Below, in pieces: positions 19,371 to 27,312 of a stretch of 33,139 bases of DNA. Where the stretch lies: the IMG/VR virus record IMGVR_UViG_2703719355_000019; one strand, given 5' to 3'. Each line of letters opens with the position of its first letter. The stretch's first letter is position 1. This DNA comes from a virus (Duplodnaviria > Heunggongvirae > Uroviricota > Caudoviricetes). The translations under genes and the position numbers were made by a program. Below the pieces are notes generated by a model. It saw only the letters and a program-made list of their open reading frames with translations. It was not told where the DNA came from and made no database searches.

Positions 19371-21029
19371 TTACCATCCTCCTGAACCAAAACGCCCGCC
19401 ACGGTCACGCCCGGTGCTGCGTGGGGTGTGTATCTGAAATTTTGCGCTGCGCGAAACCGCCAGCGTCCACAGCATGTGCAGACAGTCAGGGCCATCATCG
19501 TGGTCGGCTTTGGGGTAGTGGCGCAGCTGGTCAATCAGTGTCTGATGTGTGTGACTGATGCGGATCAGGCCGTTGGCCATATGCGGCTGAAGGGATTCGA
19601 TACGCAGCGCCTTATCCTCCAGCGGGATGACCGGCAGCGCCGGAACCGGTACGCCCAGCGCCGCCGAACGCTCAACCAGCACGGTACGCAGAAACTCCTG
19701 AAACTGGACGGACTCAAACGACCAGCACAGGCAGTGATATTCCCGCTGATACTTAATCACGTCTTCGATAAGTTTATTCGGCAGACGTCGGCGGATATCG
19801 GCTTCAACCACATCCAGAATGCCGGTAAAGCGGTTAAAGCCCCCCACGAGAATGGCCGACGGGTCGCGGTTTTTGTTTTTCTTCCCGAGGCTGGGGTCAA
19901 CAGCACCATAAAACACCCATTCATCAAGACGGTTAACCCAGAATTTAATGCAGCCCGCAAACAGCGCGTCTTCACCGCTGACCGGGTCGTTCTGGTATTC
20001 AGAATCAAAAGTGTCATGACCGTCACGGACACGGATTTTCATCAGCGCCAGCAGGGGGCGCGCCGCCCATGACACCACTGACCCGGCGAGCATATCGGCT
20101 TCGTTCTGCTGATAAAGTGCCTCCGCCGCTTCCGGCTGTTTGTTGCGGATGAGTTCTTCCCACTCGTCCCACAGTTTCATGTTGGCAGGCCACTGAATAA
20201 CGGCCTTAAAGCGGGCCGTTTTCCACATCGGGTTATTCAGCGTGCGCGACAGTACGGAGTCGTAATGCAGGATGGTTCCGATATAAATAATATCGGTTTT
20301 ACCGCCAGCCTCACCCAGCGGCATCACGGTTTTGGTGAGCCAGTCATGCAGCTTGTCGCGCTGCTCCGGGTTACGCACCATCTCGTCGTTCTCGATGTCG
20401 TCGAGGATGACCAGGTCAGGACGGTACGGACCGTGGCGCAGACCACGCAGTTTTTTACCACTACCGGCAACGGTCACCTTGATATTGTTGGCCGTGACAA
20501 TAGTCCCCATACGCCAGACGCGACCCTGCCCGCACACCTCCGGGAAATCGTTTTTTAAACGGGGGTTAAATTCCAGTTCAGCCTTGATGGCTTCCAGCAT
20601 CGGATAAGCCTGGTCGATACTGTCCATAATGATGACCGGGTAATGTTTAATGGCCCGGATAATGTTCCACAGGGTAAACAGCTGCGTCACCAGCGTGGAT
20701 TTTGCTTCACCACGGGGCGCGGCGATGGCGTCGTTCTCCGGGTCCGGGCTTGCCACAACCTGTGGCAGACGGGTGAACAGGTATTTATGCAGCTCGCTTT
20801 TTGCCGGGTTGCGGACGTAGTGCGGGAAATAGTTTTCGACAAAATAATCGTAGCCCGTCACCGGGTCACAGACTGCCGCCCGGCGGGCCTGTGTGGCCTG
20901 CGGGTTTACATCGAACCCCAGACATTCAGCCTCAATGGTCTGGCGGAGGTTGGCGATGTATTCCTGTAAGCTTCTCTGAAACTCTTTAATGGAAAGTTTA
21001 CGTTTTGCCACGTCACACCTGGTATACAA
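19371..21029 (-). CDS. terminase large subunit (Mu gp28-like)
   Basis: 552-aa ORF; track start is TTG at 21029, in-frame GTG at 21011 is an alternative. Confidence 0.9.
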   Translation of the reverse strand: MYTRCDVAKRKLSIKEFQRSLQEYIANLRQTIEAECLGFDVNPQATQARRAAVCDPVTGYDYFVENYFPHYVRNPAKSELHKYLFTRLPQVVASPDPENDAIAAPRGEAKSTLVTQLFTLWNIIRAIKHYPVIIMDSIDQAYPMLEAIKAELEFNPRLKNDFPEVCGQGRVWRMGTIVTANNIKVTVAGSGKKLRGLRHGPYRPDLVILDDIENDEMVRNPEQRDKLHDWLTKTVMPLGEAGGKTDIIYIGTILHYDSVLSRTLNNPMWKTARFKAVIQWPANMKLWDEWEELIRNKQPEAAEALYQQNEADMLAGSVVSWAARPLLALMKIRVRDGHDTFDSEYQNDPVSGEDALFAGCIKFWVNRLDEWVFYGAVDPSLGKKNKNRDPSAILVGGFNRFTGILDVVEADIRRRLPNKLIEDVIKYQREYHCLCWSFESVQFQEFLRTVLVERSAALGVPVPALPVIPLEDKALRIESLQPHMANGLIRISHTHQTLIDQLRHYPKADHDDGPDCLHMLWTLAVSRSAKFQIHTPRSTGRDRGGRFGSGGW

Positions 21030-21063
21030 ATATCAGACGGCCCGGAAAACCGGGCCGCTGTGG

Positions 21064-21564
21064 TTAACTGAAATTATCCTCAAGCTCTTTAGCGAAGCCT
21101 TCGAGCACCTCAAGGAACGGGGCATACTGTGCCGGGTGACGCTCCTTGATGAACGCACCGAGCCGCTGCACCACTTCCAGTGCCGTGGCGAGCCGGTCGG
21201 TTTCCGGCAGGATTTTTTTGCTGCTGGCCACCGCCTTACTGAGACTGTCAGACAGACTCGCCAGCAGTTCGACGGACTCCTGCGGCGGGATGTCCGGGTT
21301 CTGGTTCAGCCGTTCAAGCGTCGTCTGACACTTCACCACCAGACTGATAAGTACGGTGCGGGCGACACTTTCCAACCCGTCACCGGCGAGCGCGTGCGCG
21401 GCCCGCAGCTTGTCCCAGTCGTCGCCGTTCTTCATCGCCTGCGTTTTCCAGCGCCGCGCGGTATCGTGCGGCACGGCGTACTTCATGGCGACGATATCCA
21501 GCGGAAGCTGGTCAAAAATGTACCCGTTACGGACTTTGTCCCTGATATCCTGTGACCACGCCAT
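21064..21564 (-). CDS. terminase small subunit-like protein (Mu gp27-like, DUF1804-like)
   Basis: 166-aa ORF immediately upstream of the large terminase. Confidence 0.7.
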   Translation of the reverse strand: MAWSQDIRDKVRNGYIFDQLPLDIVAMKYAVPHDTARRWKTQAMKNGDDWDKLRAAHALAGDGLESVARTVLISLVVKCQTTLERLNQNPDIPPQESVELLASLSDSLSKAVASSKKILPETDRLATALEVVQRLGAFIKERHPAQYAPFLEVLEGFAKELEDNFS

Positions 21565-21770
21565 TAAGTGTCCTTCTGAGCCTGTTCAATCCTGCGCTGA
21601 ACTTCGTCGGGATTTTCAAGAACGAACACGTTTTTCCCGGTATCCAGTTCAATGACTGTGCCATCATGTGTACCGTACTGACGGTAAAAATGGGTGATGC
21701 GTTCAGCGAGCACCATGACAGCGCCAGCACCTCCTGAACCTGTGTATTCTGTAAATCTGATAATGCTCAC
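21564..21770 (-). CDS. hypothetical small protein (68 aa)
   Basis: ORF between lysis cassette and terminase genes. Confidence 0.5.
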   Translation of the reverse strand: MSIIRFTEYTGSGGAGAVMVLAERITHFYRQYGTHDGTVIELDTGKNVFVLENPDEVQRRIEQAQKDT

Positions 21771-21790
21771 TGTGTCAGACCTTCAAAAAA

Positions 21791-21973
21791 TCAGTTCTGC
21801 GAACACTGTCGGATACCGTCAATAATCCGGCAGACCTGCGCCGCCGCGTCAAACAACTGGCCCGCTCTGTTAATGTCTGTGCATCCCACCGGAAGCAACA
21901 TCACCAGAAACAGGGCCAGAACACAGCGAGCGGCTTTACATGGCGTTCTGTGTGTCCAGTGCTGACGCGTCAT
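21791..21973 (-). CDS. small secreted/lipoprotein-like protein, possible spanin component
   Basis: 60-aa ORF; ATG overlaps the endolysin stop (ATGA); basic N-region, hydrophobic core LALFLVMLLPVGC, three further Cys. Confidence 0.5.
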   Translation of the reverse strand: MTRQHWTHRTPCKAARCVLALFLVMLLPVGCTDINRAGQLFDAAAQVCRIIDGIRQCSQN

Positions 21974-22515
21974 ACCGCCACGCGCTCCTTCAGCCAGCCA
22001 TAAACAAACGATTCGTTAGCCTCGCGTTTCTCTGCCAGCTCCAGATAGCGGTCACCCTGCGTGCAGTTCAGGGCTGTCAGCATTACCCGTTCACCGTCCT
22101 GACCGCGATTATTCAGGAAGGCGCGCAATGCGCTGATGGTACGAGGCCCGATGCGTCCGTCTGCGTCCATATCCGGGTACAGCCTGCCGCGCAGATTGAA
22201 CACATTCAGCCAGCGCTGAAGCATTCTGGACGCCACGGTTGGCCCCATATTCACACCGGTATCACACAGCTCTGCGGCAATATCAGGGGATAATGCGGCG
22301 ACCTGGTCAAATCGCGGGCCATACCAGTAATCAGCTTCAAGGATGTCCAGCGCCTGTTCACGGGTTAAATCGCGCATATCGCCACGGTATCCGTGGGCGC
22401 GGGCGACTTTTTCCGTAATGCCCCATTTGGTCGGGCCGCCCTTATCATCCGGGTGATTGACGTAACCGCCTTCTTTGCCCAGAACTTCATCAAAAATTTC
22501 ATCTTTTGATTTCAT
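21970..22515 (-). CDS. endolysin, GH108-type N-terminal domain with peptidoglycan-binding C-terminal domain
   Basis: 181-aa ORF; N-terminal GKEGGYVNHPDDKGGPTKWGIT motif characteristic of GH108-type lysins. Confidence 0.85.
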   Translation of the reverse strand: MKSKDEIFDEVLGKEGGYVNHPDDKGGPTKWGITEKVARAHGYRGDMRDLTREQALDILEADYWYGPRFDQVAALSPDIAAELCDTGVNMGPTVASRMLQRWLNVFNLRGRLYPDMDADGRIGPRTISALRAFLNNRGQDGERVMLTALNCTQGDRYLELAEKREANESFVYGWLKERVAV

Positions 22516-22795
22516 GTGGATGCCTCAGTAACGAAAGAATTTTTGACAAATTCCCGTGCGCCCACACGATAAGCGCACAGAAAACCAGATTCAGCGCCAC
22601 AACCAGCCAGCTGGAGTGCGTGTATGTACCGGACAGCCAGCGGAACGGGATGATGATGTAGCCGAGCATCAGCCAGTACGCCAGCCAGGTAATCATCGGT
22701 TTATGCGCCGCACCGTGGCGGCGATACACAAACAACCCCAATACAATGGCGAGACACAGCCAGACGTTCACGATACCGGCAAGGCTACTTTCCAT
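22499..22795 (-). CDS. membrane protein with three predicted TM helices (holin/antiholin candidate)
   Basis: Start at ATG 22795, preceded by GGAGG with an 8-nt spacer; track start is GTG at 22801; three hydrophobic segments. Confidence 0.6.
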   Translation of the reverse strand: MESSLAGIVNVWLCLAIVLGLFVYRRHGAAHKPMITWLAYWLMLGYIIIPFRWLSGTYTHSSWLVVALNLVFCALIVWAHGNLSKILSLLRHPHEIKR

Positions 22796-23177
22796 TTCCA
22801 CCCCCTCCGCCGCGCAGTCTGGAAAACAGGCCGAACAGCGATGAAATTTCCTGTTGATAAAGAAAGGTCAGTATCTTGATGGATAACGCCGAGACACCGA
22901 CCGCACACAATGCATCGAGCGGCTTGTCGTTGTAATGGGTCAGCCACTGCATCAGTGACGCAGCCACGCCAGCCCCCAGAACGCCAACCACAAACGCGAC
23001 GAGCAGGTGAATAGCCATTCGCCATACCGGGATTTCTTTCTGCTGCGTGACAACAAAAAGCGCCCCGGCAAACGCGCCCACCACGACTCCGAAATCGGTA
23101 TTGGTGAGAAGACCAAACACACTGGCACCACCGATGGTGACTGCCACAGCTCCGCCGCCTGATAAGGGTTCAGACAT
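22785..23177 (-). CDS. holin-like membrane protein
   Basis: Start at ATG 23177, preceded by GGAG with a 7-nt spacer; Gly/Ala-rich hydrophobic helices; first gene of the lysis cassette. Confidence 0.6.
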   Translation of the reverse strand: MSEPLSGGGAVAVTIGGASVFGLLTNTDFGVVVGAFAGALFVVTQQKEIPVWRMAIHLLVAFVVGVLGAGVAASLMQWLTHYNDKPLDALCAVGVSALSIKILTFLYQQEISSLFGLFSRLRGGGGGNGK

Positions 23178-23359
23178 GAGTTTCTCCTGTAAATCTGAGC
23201 CACTGACGGCCCGTAAATAACACCCTGTCAAAGGCACAAAAGCCTTTTGCAGGGCGCTATCCCTTAAGGTGCCTTGTGGTCTGAGTGGACAGGGTAAACG
23301 GTCTGGTGTGGTGGGTACTGCTGGGGGTGTTCAGCACCCCGCGGCAGCGGGGTGATAAA

Positions 23360-23638
23360 TCAGAAGCGGGAAAGGGAATCCGGCGTAATAAGAGGTTTAT
23401 TACAAAGCCGAGCAGAGGTGTTCGCCTTTTCCATCGCTGCGCGCATCTCGTTTTCGCTGGCGATGATGTCAGCAATGGCACACTGCAACGCTTCTTCCTG
23501 AACAACCATATCCGGTTGTTCGGCCATTCGGTTTAACTGACTGGCCAAATTTTTCATATAAGCAAAGCGACGTCCGGCAGCATCCCGGGCCTGCTCTGAG
23601 TAGGCCGTATACTCGCCAAGTGCCATATAGTTGGTCAT
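23360..23638 (-). CDS. hypothetical protein (92 aa)
   Basis: Start at ATG 23638, preceded by AGGAG with a 6-nt spacer; the longer track ORF would start within the upstream terminator. Confidence 0.55.
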   Translation of the reverse strand: MTNYMALGEYTAYSEQARDAAGRRFAYMKNLASQLNRMAEQPDMVVQEEALQCAIADIIASENEMRAAMEKANTSARLCNKPLITPDSLSRF

Positions 23639-23664
23639 AAGTGTCTCCTTTTTTCTGAGGCCCA

Positions 23665-24132
23665 TTAATCAAAAAGCCCCACCTGGGTGGGGCTTTTCAG
23701 CGAAGTCTGTTTTTGTCGTCGGTGTATCAGCTGCCATGCGTACCGGTCTGAAATGCCGTAACGGGGACAGAGCAGTGCCAGCGCCTGCCGGTGTGAGCAT
23801 CCGTCTTTTATATGCTGCTGTAAATCAGCCATAAAACGGGTGTTACGCAGGGCACGTAATGCATGATCGCAACGGGGAATGTAAAACGGAGCACCGCCAA
23901 GAAAGCGGATCAGTTTGTTGATTTCGTCTTCGGTCAGCACATCATGTAACAGGGCATGGACGCCGCCGGTGCGTTCAGCGTGTGCGCCGGTTTTACCGCT
24001 TAACGTCACGCCACCAAAAGAACGGATTAACCGGGTCAGGGCGGGGAAGCCAATCACGCTAATCAGTTGTTGCACGGAGTCGGGCAGCAGTGCCTGCGCA
24101 TCGCGAAGATCTGTTTCACTGAAGGTCTGCAT
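23665..24132 (-). CDS. Mor/C-family transcriptional activator
   Basis: 155-aa ORF with GGAPFYIP motif followed by a C-terminal helix-turn-helix-like segment; located after gemA as in Mu. Confidence 0.8.
   Translation of the reverse strand: MQTFSETDLRDAQALLPDSVQQLISVIGFPALTRLIRSFGGVTLSGKTGAHAERTGGVHALLHDVLTEDEINKLIRFLGGAPFYIPRCDHALRALRNTRFMADLQQHIKDGCSHRQALALLCPRYGISDRYAWQLIHRRQKQTSLKSPTQVGLFD
23671..23697. terminator. bidirectional intrinsic terminator at the 3' end of the Mor-family gene
   Basis: A5-GCCCCACC-TG-GGTGGGGC-T4; perfect GC-rich stem flanked by an A-run and a T-run. Confidence 0.6.
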
Positions 24133-24161
24133 GATGGCGTCTCCGGTAGTAACTTACTGTT

Positions 24162-24189
24162 ATTATAGCCATACATGATCGCCTGTACA
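24162..24189 (-). promoter_or_regulatory. sigma70-like promoter upstream of the Mor-family gene
   Basis: On minus strand: -35 TGTACA (24189-24184), 16-nt spacer, -10 TATAAT (24167-24162); GGAG 8 nt upstream of the ATG at 24132. Confidence 0.4.
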
Positions 24190-24194
24190 GACCA

Positions 24195-24220
24195 CAAAAA
24201 AGCCCCTGCAAGGCAGAGGC
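24195..24220 (-). terminator. intrinsic terminator downstream of gemA-like gene
   Basis: Minus-strand RNA GCCUCUGC-CUU-GCAGGGGC (8-bp stem with one G-U pair) followed by U6; begins 8 nt after the gemA-like stop. Confidence 0.6.
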
Positions 24221-24227
24221 TGATTCT

Positions 24228-24641
24228 TTATTGTTTACGTGCTGCTCTGGCTCGTTTTCTGGCGTCTTTTGTCAGCGCCACCATCACCCCGAACAGTTGA
24301 TCATCTGTCAGCCATTCGATCACATGTTGCTTATACATGTGAGATGCCAGTCCTTCCGCATATGCCCAGGAACGACCGGCATCAGCCAGCAACGCTTCAA
24401 TTTTGGATAATACCGATTTTCTGCTCATTGCCACACGTGGGCGGCGACCTTTACCGGCGGGGGCTTTACGCGGAAATCCCTGTTCGTGCATGTATTCCCG
24501 GATGATGCGCAGTTCATCGAGGTTGCAGCGTGTGGTGCTGGTTTTACCGGTCAGGCGGGCCAGCGTCTGGCGATAAAGGACATCATCCCACCCCAGATAC
24601 GCCTGACCGGCTTTAATGGCTCCGATCATCTTTTTCAGCAT
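24228..24641 (-). CDS. gemA: GemA-like protein (Mu gp16-like, DUF1018-like)
   Basis: Start at ATG 24641 (MLKKMIGAIKAGQ..), preceded by GAGGA with an 8-nt spacer; basic C-terminus; position before the Mor-family gene. Confidence 0.7.
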   Translation of the reverse strand: MLKKMIGAIKAGQAYLGWDDVLYRQTLARLTGKTSTTRCNLDELRIIREYMHEQGFPRKAPAGKGRRPRVAMSRKSVLSKIEALLADAGRSWAYAEGLASHMYKQHVIEWLTDDQLFGVMVALTKDARKRARAARKQ

Positions 24642-24891
24642 GTTTGTTATCCTCAAAACGCACGGTAAAACGTGAAACGCCAATCCCTGACAGGAACGCA
24701 GCGGCACGGTCAAGAGACAGCCACGTCTTGTAATCGCCACGGCGTTCCTGTAGAAAATAGGACACCCCGGCGCGACGATTCACAGCAAAGAGGTGATACA
24801 CACCACCGAACCGCTGCACGACGAACTCATCCACGCCACCGCTTTCAGCCTGTTGCCTGAAAGCTGCCATTCCGATTTGTTCAATCTTCAT
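24613..24891 (-). CDS. hypothetical protein
   Basis: Minus-strand ORF; start uncertain (ATG 24891, no clear SD; track start GTG 24927); overlaps gemA start by 29 nt. Confidence 0.4.
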   Translation of the reverse strand: MKIEQIGMAAFRQQAESGGVDEFVVQRFGGVYHLFAVNRRAGVSYFLQERRGDYKTWLSLDRAAAFLSGIGVSRFTVRFEDNKHAEKDDRSH

Positions 24892-24958
24892 AATGACCAA
24901 AACATCACTTTTGGCAGACCAAAACACATGTTTTGGTCTGCGTTTGATTACTGTTCAA

Positions 24959-25177
24959 TCAACCCGCGTAATCGGGGCCGTGTTCCCATCTGGCATCGAG
25001 TATTTCCGTTCCATCTGTCCGGCATGGGTTATCAAGTGCCATTTTTCCGCACTCCCCATACTCGACATCGACAAAATCAGCAATATCATTGTCCGTTGCG
25101 TTATCAGGAACGTCGATTTCAACCGTTACGGTGATAGTTTTCATCAGGTTGTTACTCCGTGATTCAGAAAATTTCAT
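24959..25177 (-). CDS. small acidic protein (72 aa)
   Basis: ATG at 25177; alternative ATG at 25144 (MKTITVTVEIDV..); rich in Asp/Glu. Confidence 0.5.
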   Translation of the reverse strand: MKFSESRSNNLMKTITVTVEIDVPDNATDNDIADFVDVEYGECGKMALDNPCRTDGTEILDARWEHGPDYAG

Positions 25178-25185
25178 GCCGGGAC

Positions 25186-25596
25186 TCAGTATGTGAAATA
25201 GACAGTTGCCACACCGTTATAGTGGTCAAACGACACAGCGTTTACCTCATAACTGGCCGGGAGCTTCGAGCCAAGAACGTATCCGGGCCACGTTTTCCAT
25301 GGAATTTCTCTGCTCTCACTGTCGCCATATACCGTACATCCCAGTGAGCCTACAGCTTCATAAGAACGCTTACCGCACGTTATGAACCCCAGATGTTGCT
25401 TACTGCCCTTAACAGAAATCGGGAGAGCACTGGCTGATGCGTTAGCAGCGTCCCGCTCCTGTTGGCTTGCGATATTCGCAGAGTTTGCAGCAGCTACAGC
25501 AGCTGTGGTCGCAGCGGTAGATGCCACAATAACTGCTGAAGCCTGCGCCTGTTGGGTAATTGTCAGCAATGCCGCCACAAAAATCATTTTCTTCAC
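25186..25596 (-). CDS. secreted protein with N-terminal signal peptide
   Basis: GTG start at 25596 preceded by AGGAGG with a 6-nt spacer; MKKMIFVAALLTITQQAQA signal-like N-terminus; mature part contains two Cys. Confidence 0.7.
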   Translation of the reverse strand: MKKMIFVAALLTITQQAQASAVIVASTAATTAAVAAANSANIASQQERDAANASASALPISVKGSKQHLGFITCGKRSYEAVGSLGCTVYGDSESREIPWKTWPGYVLGSKLPASYEVNAVSFDHYNGVATVYFTY

Positions 25597-25608
25597 CTGG
25601 CACCTCCT

Positions 25609-25785
25609 TTACATACCGTGATTTTTCCTGCGGTTTTGCGCCGCGCTGGGCTTTTTGCAACAACTGTGCCCCATAACCCCTAAAAACCCTGTCAACCTCA
25701 ACCGTCTGTTACTAATCCTCACCCACCGCCAGACATCAAAGCCGTTTCTGCGAGCTAACAGAATTTTTGCCTTACGGTTTTTCAT
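25609..25785 (-). CDS. small basic protein B (58 aa), tandem paralogue
   Basis: ATG 25785-25783 overlaps the stop of paralogue A (ATGA); translation MKNRKAKILLARR..KKPSAAQNRRKNHGM. Confidence 0.45.
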   Translation of the reverse strand: MKNRKAKILLARRNGFDVWRWVRISNRRLRLTGFLGVMGHSCCKKPSAAQNRRKNHGM

Positions 25786-25958
25786 CGTACTGCGTACCCT
25801 TTATTCCGCCTGTTCTGTGACGCAGTAGGCTTACGCTTTGCGGCAAAAGCCACCTGACCAAATGGATGGAGTACCGCTATCTTATGGTTGCTAATAACCA
25901 GCTCCACCACACGCACAGGTCGCTGTAAAAGAAGGCGTTTTGCTTTACGGTTTTTCAT
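25782..25958 (-). CDS. small basic protein A (58 aa), tandem paralogue
   Basis: ATG 25958-25956 preceded by GAGGAAGG; translation MKNRKAKRLLLQR..KRKPTASQNRRNKGYAVR; the 112-aa track ORF 26120..25782 is an overextension. Confidence 0.5.
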   Translation of the reverse strand: MKNRKAKRLLLQRPVRVVELVISNHKIAVLHPFGQVAFAAKRKPTASQNRRNKGYAVR

Positions 25959-25959
25959 C

Positions 25960-26151
25960 TCATCCTTCCTCGCTTTTTGCAGTTTCAAACCACGCATCCT
26001 GCCCCACAACATCATCACCACATGGTGGTTCAGATTCTGAATAGCGACCGGCCCACCAGTATTTACCATTACGATGCTTTGCTGTGCCGCAACGCTGGCA
26101 TATGAAAATTGACCCATCACGCTGATAATGATGGATGTGCTCGTTACTCAT
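25960..26151 (-). CDS. small Cys/His-containing protein (63 aa), possible zinc-binding
   Basis: ORF with CQRCG..H motif; start overlaps upstream gene by 4 nt. Confidence 0.5.
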   Translation of the reverse strand: MSNEHIHHYQRDGSIFICQRCGTAKHRNGKYWWAGRYSESEPPCGDDVVGQDAWFETAKSEEG

Positions 26152-26372
26152 TGTGCAGCCTCCTGTTTTGCCACTTTAAACGCCCGTAACATCGGAACCG
26201 TTTTACCGGTGATGACGGTTTTCATTAAAAGGCCGCCGCCACTCTGGTGGCGCACTTCAGGAGCAACAAACAGCGCCGCATCCACAACCCGACAATAGCG
26301 ACGGAACTCCCAGAACCAGCAGGTAACAATGATTTTTGCGGTGACTCCGTAGTCATAAAATTCAATATTCAT
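26148..26372 (-). CDS. hypothetical protein (74 aa)
   Basis: ORF translationally coupled to both neighbours by 4-nt overlaps. Confidence 0.5.
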   Translation of the reverse strand: MNIEFYDYGVTAKIIVTCWFWEFRRYCRVVDAALFVAPEVRHQSGGGLLMKTVITGKTVPMLRAFKVAKQEAAQ

Positions 26373-26596
26373 TTGCAGTTAAACCTTCTTTTGTGACGTT
26401 CTACAGCGGCTTTCATGGCGTTGTGCACGGTTCTTTTAATAATCCGGCGTCCCGCACTGTCATAGAACCGCCACCGGGAAGCCTCCGGATATTTAGGGAA
26501 CTCAACCGCCGCGCTGTCGTCATTCATCCTGTATTCGTGGCGTTCTCCGGGCGGCTGGTATATTGCTTCGGTAACACTGAGAAGTTTAAAAGCCAT
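26369..26596 (-). CDS. hypothetical protein (75 aa)
   Basis: ORF starting 3 nt after the stop of the upstream 237-aa gene. Confidence 0.5.
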   Translation of the reverse strand: MAFKLLSVTEAIYQPPGERHEYRMNDDSAAVEFPKYPEASRWRFYDSAGRRIIKRTVHNAMKAAVERHKRRFNCK

Positions 26597-26598
26597 CG

Positions 26599-27312
26599 TT
26601 ATCCCCTCCCCAGTGCCAGCGGCCTGTTGTTCTGACCATTAACTCCCTGATGCAGTCTGGCGTTTTTCCCGGCGATAAAACCGGCTGTAGCAGCAAACTC
26701 TGCACCCCTGCACGCTTTAGCTGTGCGCATATCCCCGTCGCGCAGCCCTTTAGTGCTGTGCAGGTTCTTTCTGTAAAGCTCAAGGCGGCTTTTTTCTTCC
26801 GGGGAGACGTCATACACCGCAATGACATCACGGGCACCAAAGACCCAGCCTTCGCAGAACTGGTCGCCACGGACCACCCGCGTGGACGGACCGCAACGTT
26901 TGCAGTGTTTATCCTGATATTTCTTGCGCTCTGCCATCATCTGACGGGAAAGCACATCAAACGCATATGCCGCAATTTCCGGGCGGCTGTCAGGACCATA
27001 AAAACGCACGTAACGTTTGAGTGAACCAGAAGCCCGGTATTCACCTGAGATGTAACACTCGACACCGAAGGCTTTACATACCAGGTCACACAGGATGTGC
27101 ATATAACGCGGCGGCGTACTGGCATCACTCGGCGCACCCGCGCTGGCAGCTTCCTGAATGTCGAACAATTCCGCATCGTTTTCGCTGATACCATGCTGGC
27201 GCATATAAGCCTGGGCTTTTGCAATAGCGTTAGCGGCTTCTTCCGGGCTTGATGTTCCTCTGGCAAGGCGTAACAGTTTTTTGATTTTGGCGATGTATTT
27301 ATTTTTGCTCAT
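26599..27312 (-). CDS. DUF2786-like phage protein (237 aa)
   Basis: N-terminal KIKKLLRLARGTSSPEEAANAIAKAQAYMRQHGI resembles the DUF2786 motif; GGAGGG 8 nt upstream of ATG 27312. Confidence 0.65.
   Translation of the reverse strand: MSKNKYIAKIKKLLRLARGTSSPEEAANAIAKAQAYMRQHGISENDAELFDIQEAASAGAPSDASTPPRYMHILCDLVCKAFGVECYISGEYRASGSLKRYVRFYGPDSRPEIAAYAFDVLSRQMMAERKKYQDKHCKRCGPSTRVVRGDQFCEGWVFGARDVIAVYDVSPEEKSRLELYRKNLHSTKGLRDGDMRTAKACRGAEFAATAGFIAGKNARLHQGVNGQNNRPLALGRG

Noticed and set aside
25782-26120. 112-aa minus-strand track ORF
   Set aside because: Its upstream half overlaps the 63-aa gene in another frame; the supported product is the internal 58-aa ORF from ATG 25958 with a strong SD.
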